64,000 bases of DNA, from positions 289,106,001 through 289,170,000 of the forward strand of contig OZ024742.1 of assembly GCA_964016885.1 (NCBI GenBank), written 5' to 3'. Below, in pieces: positions 51,322 to 64,000 of this stretch; the stretch's first letter is position 1, and each line of letters opens with the position of its first letter. The notes below the pieces were generated by a model, which worked only from the letters and a program-made list of their open reading frames with translations, made no database searches and was not told where the DNA came from. A program made the position numbers and the translations under genes. This stretch comes from Eledone cirrhosa (taxonomy: Eukaryota).

Positions 51322-51413
51322 TAATTGCCTTATGTTGTTTATTACATAACTATTAAGCTCTGTTACCTACATAGAGCACTCTTTCTTTCTGGATTTTTCC
51401 GATTAAATTACTT

Positions 51414-51533
<120 letters not shown>

Positions 51534-52359
51534 CATCATCATCATCATCACCATCATCATTTAACATCCATTTTTCCATGCTAGCATGGTTTAGATGAGT
51601 TGTCCCTTTCTGAGACAAGTCAGATCAGGTGAAAAGTTTGTAGACAAAGTACAAACATTTTGAAATATATATTTTTGTATCATAAGCAGTTTCAGGTGGT
51701 TTGGTATCAAAAGTGTTAATCTTATGACTCTGCTAATTATCCTCTTGTTTGCAGCAGGACTATTCTATGGAAATAGTCAATACTCTAGTTTGTGTATTAT
51801 TAGAGAGAATCAATAAGTTATCAACATTGAAGAAGTGTGTCTTACTCAAAATATTATTAACATGAAATAGTTACACCAAAGAATCATATATACATCTCAC
51901 TACTACCACTACTATTACTACTACTACTACTACCACCAACACCACAATGCCAACTACATCACCACCACTACAAATATCACAACCACCATCAACATCATCA
52001 CCACTATCATCACCTCTACCATCACCACCAACACCACATCATTACCTCCACCACCACCAACAACAACAACAACAGCAACAACAACAACAACAACAGCAGC
52101 AGCAGCAGAAGCAGCAGCAACAACAACAACAACAACAACAATAACAACAACAACAACATGTTTATGTTTTAATTCTCTTCTTCCTAATCTCTTCACTGTG
52201 ATAATTAATTGGTCTTAATTGGATTTCTACACTGATTTAATTGTTTACTTATATTGGTGCAATTGTTTTCTTGTAGATGGTGCACACACACACATGTGCA
52301 AGTCTTCTTTTTTTTTTCTACTCTAGCTCATCCATACTGCACTATTAATGTACATTAAT

Positions 52360-52700
52360 GGAGGCACATGGCTTAGTGGTTAGAGCATTGGCCTTGCAAT
52401 CGAAAGGTTGTGAGTTCAATTCTCAGACCGGGTGATGTGTTGTTTCCTTGAGCAAGACACTTTATTTCACATTGCTCCAGTTTACTCAGCTGTAGAAATG
52501 AGATGATAGGGTCTGGGGTCCCTATCATTCCACTGCAAAGTGGTCGTGTAGGTGCCACGGCAAAAAGCACCCAGCACTCACTGTAAATGAGGTTGGTGTT
52601 AGGAAGGGCATCCAGCTGTAGAAATCAAGCCAGAATCAGTTCCTGTCCCACCCTTGCAAGCAGGGAAAAGGGGATGTAAAATGATGATGATGATGATGAT
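52360..52700 (+). mobile_element. Full-length composite SINE (tRNA head + core + RTE-like tail + (ATG)n)
   Basis: A/B boxes; closely similar second copy at 57196-57535. Confidence 0.85.
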
Positions 52701-52972
52701 ATCACACATCCATTGGAACATGCTTGCTTCATTTTTTGGCATTAACTGCCCATGTTTCACTTCCAGGCAATACTGCACTTCACATGCAGGCATCATACAG
52801 CTAGCCCTTGTTCATAGGGAGAACATGTTTGCTGTCAACAGAGGCAGTAGCTCCCTGGACTTTATCCATCCTGGGCTTATTTTATCTACTATGCCCTCAG
52901 AGCAATCTCCTCCACTACTAATTAAGTCACCTAGGGTACAGAACGTAATAAATATCGTTATTTTTCATTTAA

Positions 52973-53193
52973 CCCTTTAGCATTTAAACCGGCTGTATCC
53001 GGCCAAAATTCTCTCATCTCTTTTTGTTCAAACTGGCTGTAACCAGCTGCTTATACTGATGTTAAGGTATTGTTCTCAACATAAATAATATCAAAATCTC
53101 ATAGATTCGATATTATGTGAGATAATCATGTGAGGTAAAGCTTTTACCGTGAAAATATAATAGTAAATATAGAGTAATATAAATGCTAAAGGG
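52973..53193. mobile_element. piggyBac-like MITE (~220 bp)
   Basis: TTAA-CCCTTTAGCATTTA ... TAAATGCTAAAGGG-TTAA; relatives at 60327-60547, 60689-60896 and ~62475-62687. Confidence 0.85.
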
Positions 53194-53354
53194 TTAAGAT
53201 GTAAACATTTAAGATGGAAATATGCAGACAATTAATGTTAATATTTCTTTGTAAGGTGGGAGTGGAATTCTGTTATATTTTGTTTTAATTTAATATTTTT
53301 TAAATTCTTCTAAGGAAAGTCCATTATGTATGGATGATTTCAATGGTATATATT

Positions 53355-53735
53355 TAATTAGGGAACCATGCTTCATTGGATGTGCAATGTAAATCTGAGA
53401 GAAAGGCACAGCTTGGACGAGCTGTAGGAGAAACTGGGTTTAAGGGGAATCCGTGGTGGTGTGCAGGAGAGAAGATTGCGTTGGTATGGACATGTGATGT
53501 TCATGACCAATGACTGATGGGTGAAGAAATGTCTGGAGATCCCAATGGAAAGAAGCCACAGCAGAGGACAACCAAAAAAGACATGGGTAAAGTTTGTGAG
53601 AACTTACCGCAAATTGTTCAGACTGGCAGTGGAGATGACGAAGGAACATGACAAATGGAGAGATGCTGAGCTGAGAAGGACCTGTCCAACCCATGCAAGC
53701 ATGGAAAAGCGGACTTAAAAACAACGATGATGATG
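53355..53735 (+). mobile_element. RTE-clade LINE 3' end
   Basis: QERRLRWYGHV...WVKKC...RGQPKKTW, tail CCCATGCAAGCATGGAAAAGCGGAC and (GAT)n; a second copy lies at ~56770-57015 (-). Confidence 0.8.
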
Positions 53736-54019
53736 TTTAAATTGTTTATATTGCTTATACGAATTACACATAACATCCTTTCAATAATTCCATGTATAAT
53801 ATTGAATTTCATAATGTTCTAGAAACATGTATAAAGAATTTAAAATGATTTAAAAATCAATTTTTCCATCTATATATTTGATCTGTCCTTCCAGCTTTTT
53901 TTCTACCTAAAAACTTCTCTTTTTTCTTCAGACTAATATATAAACACATTGAGCTATTTCTAAACTGTTTGGCAATGATAATAATAATAACAATAATAAT
54001 AATAATAATAATAATAATG

Positions 54020-55030
54020 AAATTATTGTGTAAAGTGCTCAGGTGCACTACAACTCATCAAAGGTGCATGTATAGTACATAGAATAATATATAAATGTCA
54101 GGGAAGTGAACAGTGTATGAGTCATGAGATACATGTGTGCATGTGTGTGGAGGGGGAACATTAGGTGTAGTGTTGGCGAATCTCGGGAAGCATGGAGGTT
54201 TTAAAGGATGCAGAGTCTCGACAGATAACAACTGATGTAGGTAGTTTGTGCCATGCTTCAGCAACTCTGAGTGTGAAAAAGTGCTTCCGAAAGTCATGGG
54301 AGCTGTGCTGTTTTCTGACTTTGTGGACATGCCCACATGTGTTAGACACATGGAAATCAAAAAGGTACTCAGGGTTGTTGTTGGCAAGATTGTTAACAAT
54401 TTTGTGGGTGTTTACCAACTCAGTTGCCAGGCGTCAGAGCTTCAATGTATCCATGCCCAGGGAAGCAAGGCATTCAGAGTATGGTAGATGCCTGATGGAG
54501 GGTATTCGCTTGGTTGCACGTCTGAACAGTTTCCAGGTGGTCAATGTTCTGAGCAAGATAGGGGTTCCAGACAGGTGATGCAAATTCTAAGTGTGGCCAC
54601 ACCATAGGCATGTACAGCCTTAAATAGTTAGCTGGAGAGCGGCTGACAAAGGTCTTGCTGAGTGATGCTAAGACACCCTCGGCCCTCTTGACAATTTTAG
54701 AGACGTGCTTCGTCCAACGCAAATCGCTGCTGACCGTAATGCCCAGGTCACGTTCACAAGAAGACTTCTTGATATTAGTGCTGTGGAGGGAGTATGTGGA
54801 CGCTGGGTTTTTACTCCCAAAATGCATGGTGGTGCACTTGTCCACAGCTAGCTTGAGTTGCCAGTCTGAGATCCATTGTTGCATTGTGTCCAGGTCAGAC
54901 TGCAAGCAAGATCTATAGTGTTCAGGATCTGTCCTTTTTATCTCGAGGTACAGCTTGATGTCATTTGCGTACTTTAGTACTGTGGCATTCTTTAAGTTGG
55001 CATCTATGTCATTAATATATGCCACAAAAC
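54020..55030 (-). mobile_element. CR1-clade LINE 3' fragment
   Basis: YINDID...KYANDIKLY, ERDLGI, PHLEFASPVWNPY, RKHFFTLRVAEAWHKLP; 3' UTR ends in (ATT)n. Confidence 0.88.
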
Positions 55031-57195
55031 TACTATATATAATTCTCCACATAAATTTGACATATATATATTTTTACCTTTGCTATACACACTCATAAAC
55101 ATATACACTCACTCACATGAAAACGTATACACAAACCACTACATACAAAAAAAAAATACACACAAAAAACCCAGCACATATGTACACACACATATTCACA
55201 TAAAACACAAACGAATTCCGATACACACATTAAAATACACACACACACAAACGTACACACTCACATACATAGAAATAATACAAAAAGTCACAAACACACA
55301 CACCAATGATATAAGAGACATGCATGTTTACACACACACACACAGACAGAAGCAATAATGCACATGAATCATCCATGTTTACATACACAACCACATGCTT
55401 GACACATCTAGACCCTCCACATTGGTCCCCATTCTCAAATGCTGGACTGCTTGCCTACCATCCCTAATCTTCTAAACCTTCTCCAAACTCTGATGTGCTT
55501 ACCTGTTCTCTCCCTCTCTGAACCATCCATTTCCTGACAAAGGACTTCTGTTTGAAATGCTGAACCCTCCGCTACCTGAATGTAGTTCTCAGGGAGATTC
55601 ATCATAAAACACTGTGTTAAAAAGACTGGCTCTTTGAATTACAGGTACAACTCATTTTTGCCAGCTGAGTGGACTGAAACAAAATAATTGTTTCTACATT
55701 TAGCAGGCCAGCAATTATCCCAGTGTATTACTGGTGCTTTATTTTATCGACCCCGTAAGGATGAAAGGCAAAGTTAACCTTGGCAGGATTTGAACTCAGA
55801 CCACAAAGGGCTGTAACTCTTTGCTGCAAAGCATGGCGTCAGATCCTCTGAAATAAAGTGTCTTGCTCAAGGATACACTGCACTGCCAGGAATCAAACTC
55901 ATAATCTTATGACTGTATGCTGAACACCCCTAACTACTAAGCCATGCTCCTTCACACGTCCACAAATATATATATACGTGTACTAAGTGATTTTTGTAGG
56001 AAACAATAGTGACAGACATATGATGAAGGTGAAGGCTTCAAATAAACATCTTTTGATTTTGTCCAGTTTTGCTATTTATGTCCTCAGTGAAAATGTCAAC
56101 TATGAGTTGGTCGTAGATAACAAAGTAGCCTGTCTATAGATCCTTATATATTGGTATAATGAGATGCCAAAGTAATGAATTGATAAGGAGGATATAAGTG
56201 GGAAATAATTAGAAATGTCAGAGCAGTTAAAATCATTATGGTTGTCTTTTTCAACATTTTGAAACATTTTCATCATTGTTCGTAAATTAAGGATGGAAGA
56301 CTCTTGTGGAAATAGTGAAGTTTATGAGAAATTGTGTCTGAGATTTCTGAGATGAGGAATTATCATTATTATGCACTGATATAATAAGGCTAGTCTTCAT
56401 AGTTATAGTCACAATATTTCTGCTATTGTAATTTCTGGCCATCTACAGAAGAAATATTATTATTATACACTGATATATTCAGACTTGTGGTCCTCATCTT
56501 GGTTGTTACAGTCACAACATTTCAGCCATTGTACCCTCTGGCCATCTCTAGAGGAATCATGATTATTATACACTTATTTAGGTTAGTAGATTAGCAGAAT
56601 ATACAAAATTCTTTGGATTTTTCAAGTTCAAATCTTCTGGGGTAAATACAATAAAATACAAGACAAGTATTGGTGTCAATTTGATACAAATATATAAACA
56701 CACAACTGACCAATTTGTCCACACATCTAGAACAGTATGTTCCTCAAATATTTCTTTCATTACCATTATCAATGTTTTATGCTTGCATGGATTAGATGAA
56801 TGCTTTCCATCACAGCTTCCTTCCACTCATTGTGCTCATTCATCATCTCCTCTGCTAACTTCAGCAATTTGAGATTAGTTCTCATAATCTTTGTCCAGGT
56901 TTTCTGTTGTCTCCCTCTACTGCAGCTTCCTTCCACTGGGATTTTTTGGCACTTCTTTACTTGACAATCATCATTCATACATGTCACATGTTTATACCAG
57001 TACAGTATTCTCTTTTATACTCTACATATGAATCCTCTTATATCTTATATCTATCTTTTCTCTCAGCACACCTATGCTTTAACTTTTCCTCACATTAGCA
57101 TTGCACATCCATTCAAGCAAACTCATTTCATTTCTCTCTCACCTTCACATTTCATTTGTATTTATTACCCATGGCTTAAATTTACAAACACACAA

Positions 57196-57535
57196 GGCAC
57201 ATGGCTTAGTGGTTAGAGGATTGCCCTTACAATCGAAAGGGTGTGAGTTCAATTCTAAGACCGGGTGATGTGTTGTTTCCTTGAGCAAGACACTTTATTT
57301 CATATTGCTCCAGTTTACTCAGCTGTAGAAATGAGATGATAGGGACTGGGGTCCCTATCATTCCACTACAAAGTGGTCGTGGAGGTGTCACGGCAAAAAA
57401 GCACTCAGCACTCACTGTAAATGAGGTTGGTATTAGGAAGGGCATCTAGCTGTAGAAATCAAGCCAGAATCAGTTCCCGTCCCACCCTTGCAAGCAGGGA
57501 AAAGCGGACGTAAAATGATGATGATGATGATGATG
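57196..57535 (+). mobile_element. Full-length composite SINE (second copy)
   Basis: Aligns end to end with 52360-52700. Confidence 0.85.
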
Positions 57536-59329
57536 ACAACTGACACCACCCAGCCAAGGTGTAGTTTGCTTGCTCTCCTTTTCTCTCCTCATTCATCTGT
57601 TTTCTATTTCGTTGTTCTTTCTTCTTGTCTTTATAATATTGTAAAGAGTGGTGGATTGGCATCAAACAAATCACCTTGTGATATTTGTTCCAGCTTTTTA
57701 CATTCTGTGTCCAAATCCTGCTGACGTCAACTTTGCCTTTCAACCACTCATAGCCATATCATCTAAAGTCTACAGTGTTCCAGCCATGACTATCCCATCT
57801 AAAGTCTACAATCCCAGACCAACAGTGGTAAACTACTAGGGGAGATGGAGCAATGGATGACACATTTAGCTCTCACAACCCAGAGATGTAGCTTTGATGA
57901 AGTGTGTAAAGGCCGCCTCTAAAAAAGCCTAGTCTTTGCTAGTTTGAGAAAGTACCAGATTGGTGACTGGCATGAATAAGACTACTAAACTCCAAAATGG
58001 TGAGTGGTAACAGAAAGAATCATACCACATCGTCCTTTGCACAGGTTAATGAGGGACACGCTCAGGCTTTAGGTAGAGGGTCTTGTTTGAAAAATATATT
58101 GCAGTCTCTATTTCATCAAGAAGGAGAAGGAGGAGAAGAAGACGACGACTACATATTAAGATGGTAGATTGACAGAATCTTTAGAGTATCATATAATATC
58201 ATATAAAATGATTTGTGGTATTTGTTCATCAGTCTCCGAGTTCAAACCCTACACTGGTCAACATTGTTTTTCCTTGTTCCAAGGTCTATAAAATAAAGTA
58301 CTTGTTAGGTACTGGGGTCTATATAATCAACTTTCCCTTTACCCCCAAAATGGCTGCCCTGTGCCTGAATTAGAAACCATCTTCTAGAACTATATTGCCC
58401 AATGATTCCTTCCTTTTTTAAGATGGTAGGACATGATTTGAGGAAGATTTGGCTTCTAGTTCTAGCAGTTATACACTTACAACACATTTTACAAAGTTTA
58501 GACTAAATTTAGTTCTTGGCAGTGGATTGGCAGAGTTAGTAGAGCATCAAATTAAATGCACTCTGAGTTCAAATCACACTAACTTAATTTTACCTTTTAT
58601 CATTCCAGAGCCAATAAAATAAAGTACTGAGGCTATTTTAATTGACTTCTTCCTCCCCACCATGTCCTGCAATAAAATAAAAATAGTTGGCCTCATGCTT
58701 AATTTAGAAATAAGTATTGTATATTGTATAGATGTGTAGTATGTGCTGTGCGTGACTGTTGAGCCAACAACATTCAGTGACTGAAATATAAACCGCAATT
58801 AACTGAATAACAGATGTCCAAACTTAATCCTCTTTACTGATTTGAATATTAAATAATGAGTTAGAATTTCTAAGAAAAAGAATAAATATAGAGTGAGTTG
58901 GAATAACAGTTCACTGAAAACACTTTAAATAAAACCAGGTATTCTATAATTTTATTTGATCACATTTAAAATAGAAAATATAATTTAGATGGGTCAAACA
59001 TTCACTGCTCCAACTTTGTAATTAACTATGCATTTTGTTAGCGAGTGAATCAGATGATATTTGCAAATACATATCACATACATACATACAGGAGCATAAA
59101 TACAGAGACATGCACACCAAGACATACATATACAAACACACCCTTGCAAACACATACACTCATATAAACAAAAAGAAAAACAAAATCATCATCATCATCA
59201 TAACACCATAACTAAAAAAATCTTCAAAATTTTATATGAAACATTTTTCATTATAATTTATATGCTAAATGAAATTTTTGTGTTGAACATATACCTTAAT
59301 TAGTGGCTCAAGGAGACATATTAGATGAT

Positions 59330-59565
59330 GTTATTGTAACCATTAATTAGTGGATGAAGTCATTAGAATTAGTGACAGACATCATGTGATGAGATCAGAA
59401 TTAGTGGCCAAGAGACACACATAAGGTCATGACATCATATTTAGTGGTAGAAGGAGACATATAAGGTGATGTCATCATATTTACTGGCCAAGAGAGACAC
59501 ACATAAAGTGATGTCATCATATTTAGTGTCAAAGAGAGACATTATGTGATGTCATCAGAGTTAGT

Positions 59566-59609
<44 letters not shown>

Positions 59610-59950
59610 TTGATGTCATCAAAATTAGTGAGAGAGAGAGAAACATTGGGTGATGTCATCAGAATTAGTGGCCAAAAGAGACACACATAAGGTGATGTCA
59701 TTATATTTAATGTCAGAGAGAGACACACATTGGGTGATGTCATCATATTTACTGGCCAAGAGAGAGAGACATTATGTGATGTCATCAGCATTAGTGAGAG
59801 AGAGAGAGAGAGTGACATTATGTGATGTCATCAGCATTAGTGAGAATGAGGGAGAGAGAGAGAGAGAGAGAGAGACATTATGTGATGTTATCAGAATTAG
59901 TGGCTGAGGGAGATATACATTAAGTGATGTTATCAGAATTATTGGCCAAA
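59330..59950. repeat. Irregular ~40-60-bp minisatellite with GTGATGTCATCA cores and (GA)n spacers
   Basis: Directly visible; followed by an exact 64-bp duplication at 59967-60094. Confidence 0.85.
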
Positions 59951-60322
59951 GGATGCCATCATAACCCATAATAAGAGACCAAGAGAAACACACATTATAT
60001 TATGTCACTATTATACTTAAATGTAAAGGGCATAATAAGAGACCAAGAGAAACACACATTATATTATGTCACTATTATACTTAAATGTAAAGGGAAGTAA
60101 ATTGGGATTAGATATCAGTCAGAAGTTCAATGATACAACATACAATTACAAATGTCACTACCGTTAAGATTTATAAGCCAATCGGGATTAACAAATGATA
60201 TCACTCATTGAATTTGTTAACAGCAAGACAATGGTGAATGTGGTAATAACTTTTGCTTCTCAATTGAAAATCAACTCATAGCAAGCTAATTTGGAATTTC
60301 AATCTGGCCATACATAGTTATT

Positions 60323-61045
60323 TTAACCCTTTAACATTTAAACTAGCCATATCCAGCCAGAATTCTCTCACCTCTTTCTGTTCAAACCAGCAGTAACTGG
60401 CTGCTCATACCTACCTTAAAATATTGTTCTCAAAATAATTAACATCAAAATCTCATAGATTTGATGTTATGTGAGATAATTATGTGAGCTAAAGCTTTTA
60501 CTGTGAAAATATAATAGTAAATATAGAGTAAAGCAAACAATAAAGGGTTAATGGTTAGAAAACAGTGGCTTGGTGTTTAGCAATTTTGGCTCAGTCATAA
60601 GGCTATGAATTCATTGGGCAAGACACTTCATTTCATGTTGTTCTAGTCCACTCAACTGAAAAAAAGGATTTAACAAAAAATATCTTAACTCCTTAGCATT
60701 TAAACTGACCATATTTGGCCAGAATTCTCTCACCTCTTTCTGCTCAAACTGGCCATAACTGGCCACTTATATTGACGTTAAGGTATTGTTCTCAAAATGA
60801 ATAATATCAAAATCTTATAGATTTGATATTATGTGAGCTCAAGCTTTTACTGTAAAAATATAATAGTAAATATAGAGTAATGTAAATGTCAAAGGGTTAA
60901 TTGGTTAAAAAACAATGGTTTGGTGGCTAGCAATTTTGGCTCACTGTCTTTTTGGCTATGAATTCATTGTCCTTGGGCAAGACACTTCATTTCATGTTGT
61001 TCTAGTCCACTCAGCTGAAAAAAATGATTTAACAAAAAATATCTT
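60323..61045. repeat. Tandem duplication of a MITE + SINE-fragment block (~360 bp x2)
   Basis: Both halves run from a TTAA-flanked MITE to ...GATTTAACAAAAAATATCTT. Confidence 0.8.
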
Positions 61046-62121
61046 GAAATGTGTTTGTCTATTCAAATATTTATAGTGGACAGATTGTTGTGAAAATTAT
61101 TTCAGTAATAACTTCGATTTTTAATGTGATGCAGTCTTTTCAATAATGTCTTGCTAATATGATTTCATGTGATTTGTTAATTCAAATGTTTATGGCATCT
61201 TTTCTAGTGGACAGATTGTTGTGAAGATGTGCAGTATTAGAGTAAAAACTTAAATATTTAATGTAATGCAGTCACTATGCTATTTTAAACTTTACTGTCG
61301 AAATACAATAGTAACTATAGAATAATGTGAATGCTAAAGGGTTAACACTTTCAATAGCAAACTGCATGAAATCTTCCATGCCTTTGTTTTGGGATACAAA
61401 ATTTTATATTTATCTAAAACTTTATATCTATCTAAAAACCTTCCATCATAATTTTATGTAAGAATCTTTGTTAAGTTATATTCCAAATGCTAGTTAATAA
61501 TAATTTCTGATTTTGGCATAAGGCCAGTAATTTGAGGAGGTGGAGAAAGTTTGTTGAATTGACACCAGTATTTTATTGACCTCAGAAGGATGAAAGGCAA
61601 AGGTGACATCGGTGGTAATTGAACTCAGAAGGTAAAGAGCCATAACTATTTACATTAAAACATTTCATCTGATGTTCTAACAATTCATCCAATGAGAGTG
61701 TTAGTTATATTAATAAATTACTCCAAATTCTTCATTTAAAAAAAAACTATTTGAAAATTAAAGGCAGTGTCTTTTATGAGATATATGATAAAGAAAGGGT
61801 TAAAGTTTTTTAATTTATCTAAAATATCTTCCACTATAATTCGATGTAAGGACATTTGTTAAATTATGCTTCAAATACCAACTTAATAATAAGAAAGTTA
61901 CCTATATCACTCAATCCCCCACCCCAATTCTTGGTTATTTTCAAAATAAACATATTATATCAACAATAATATTTATCTAAAAATTAGTCAGTAATATATA
62001 TTATATCTCAATGAATAATATTGCTTATAAATACAAATGTAAAACTATCTCAAATAAGGCTTAGAATTGACCAAAGGGAAGATCACAATAAAGTGCTTTA
62101 AAATAAAGAAACCTTACAAGC

Positions 62122-62473
62122 ATCTCACCCCAGGGGTAAACTTCTTGTCAAGCGACCTAAATCTAGAGAGCTAACAAATGTTGTTCCCCTTACTGCAGTT
62201 TCACAAGCTAAAGTAACAGAATTTGCCATCTCAATTAATTAAGATAGTTAATTTCCACCAGAACTTGGTTGATCCTCAGAGAGGATATCTGTTCATAGTA
62301 AGAGAGATAAGATATATTTACGTGTTGCTGTTCTGGTGGAAATTAATTATCTTAATTGATTGAGATGACAAATTTAATTACTTTAGCTTGTGAAACTGCA
62401 GTAAAGGGGGAAAAATTGTTAAGCCCTCTAGATTTAGGTCACTTGACAAGAAGTTTACTTTTTGGGGTGAGAT
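62122..62473. mobile_element. Foldback/MITE with ~140-bp inverted arms
   Basis: ATCTCACCCC...CCACCAGAAC is the reverse complement of GTTCTGGTGG...GGGGTGAGAT. Confidence 0.8.
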
Positions 62474-62890
62474 TCTTTAGCATTTAAACCGGCCGTATCC
62501 AGCCAGAATTCTCTCACCTCTTTCTGTTCCAACTGTCCATAACTGGCTGCTCATGGTTATGTTATTATTCTCAAAATAAATAATATCAAAATCTCATAGA
62601 TTCGATATTATGTGAGATATTATGTGAGATAAAACCTTTACTACGAAAATACAATAGTGTATATAGAGTAATGTAAATGCTAAAGGGTTTTGAGTAGGGC
62701 TCCTGATGCAAGTATATTCAGTTAAGATAAACTATTTCAGTTTCAATGATGCATGAGTGTGTATCCATGTAACATATAGATATACACCAGTTCCAAACAC
62801 AAAAGAACCAAACTGCCACTGTCACTGCCTCCGTCTTTCTCGCTCTCCCCATCTCTCACTATTATGAGCAAATAGGGGCCCAGGCGCTGG

Positions 62891-63073
62891 CTACCCCATG
62901 GCTTCAGCGGACAGAATAGAGAAGGCATTTCCCTGGAGGATGGTGAAGGTGACGCGCTGGAAGAGCCATTCCAGCTCACGAGGTTCACACTTGCGAGTAG
63001 CTAACTCTCTTTCGATGGTGGTGAGCAGGGAGGCGACCCTAGGGCCAAGTACACCAGAAGTCTCCACTACCAT
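62891..63073 (-). pseudogene. 3' end of a CRE-like non-LTR element (restriction-like endonuclease C-terminus)
   Basis: VVETSGVLGP...EPRELEWLFQRVTFTILQGNAFSI matches the ET.G..G...QR.S.....GNA motif. Confidence 0.65.
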
Positions 63074-63326
63074 TATCTTTCCAATTAGAGTTTATGCTCA
63101 ATAATTTTATTCATTCTGTTTTTTCCTGTGGATAACAGGCTTTATTAAGTAAAGGGCTTGTGTCATGTCTTATTTTATTTGCTTCTGTTTCACTAATTCC
63201 TTTGTTTTGTTCATACTCGGTTGTTTCCTAAATGTTGTAGTCATAACAGTTTAGCTCTTTATTGGCTGGACTTATGGCTTTACTTCTTTCCTTTTCAGGT
63301 TTGTTGGTCCATTAAGTGGGTGAAGG

Positions 63327-63522
63327 CAGACCTGTCAACTCTCCCCGTCTGACAGGGAGATCTCCCACCCACTTTGTGGTGGGTGACAGATATCTTTTCT
63401 TGTGAAAATGGGTATAGCTTTCATTATGTAAAATCTCCCCATTTTGCCTCATTTCTCCCCATTTTGGGGCACTTTTTTTTTATGATACTCCATGTTTGGG
63501 TTTTTAGAGGTTGGCAGGTCTG
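63327..63522. mobile_element. MITE with 13-bp TIRs and a 7-bp TSD
   Basis: CAGACCTGTCAAC / GTTGGCAGGTCTG flanked by GTGAAGG on both sides. Confidence 0.8.
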
Positions 63523-64000
63523 GTGAAGGTGTCGAATTAATTGGTGATTTTAAGGTCTTGGCTGAATTGGATCTGTGTACTAAGTCACGTTTATAAAGGA
63601 TTTGGGACGTCAGTCGTAGTTCCTAAGAGTTGTACTGGTTATGCATGTTTCACGCCAATCAGGTAATGGAATCATAGTCTCTGCAGAATATTACTATATG
63701 GAAACTACATAATATGACGTCTGCAGCCTGATAATATATGTTATCCCCATACCAATAATTATTATAGATCGGTGGTTGGTTTACTGGACGATAAGGAGAT
63801 AGTCAGAAGGACGTGGATGGTTTAGCTCTTGTTTGAGCTCTTTCTAGCAGCAAAACACTAACCAGTCTAAGGGAGATAATAAAATATTTACTAGTATATT
63901 TTGTTCGCATTTGGCTTCAATGAGTTATCAAATTCTATTTAAAAGTGTTTATTTATATTTAGCTAAAAATTTCCTGTCATAATTCTTTGTTGCAAGATCT

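Overview
AT-rich, repeat-dense animal genomic DNA with no convincing host protein-coding exon. The SINE families (e.g. GCCTTTCATCCTTACGGGGTCGATAAAATAAAGTACCAG) and the microsatellite load resemble an octopus/cephalopod genome; this is recalled from memory, not searched. Nearly all long ORFs are transposon-derived or microsatellite artefacts. The window holds the 3' end of a Ty3/gypsy LTR retrotransposon and three minus-strand L1/Tx1-clade LINEs (two full length). It also holds Penelope-like (GIY-YIG) remnants, RTE, CR1 and CRE-like LINE fragments, mariner and hAT remnants, two abutted non-autonomous Helitrons, several MITEs, many tRNA-like SINEs and several minisatellites. Three signals stand out. 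(1) About 8 sequence-diverse hammerhead-ribozyme motifs lie in short ORF-less units, mostly next to (TA)n tracts. (2) The Tx1 LINEs lack poly(A), and their 3' tails match the microsatellite they sit in ((ATCT)n vs (ATT)n). (3) In both full-length Tx1 copies the ORF1 stop codon overlaps an AAG|GTAAGT splice-donor consensus. All structures were read by eye, so boundaries are approximate.
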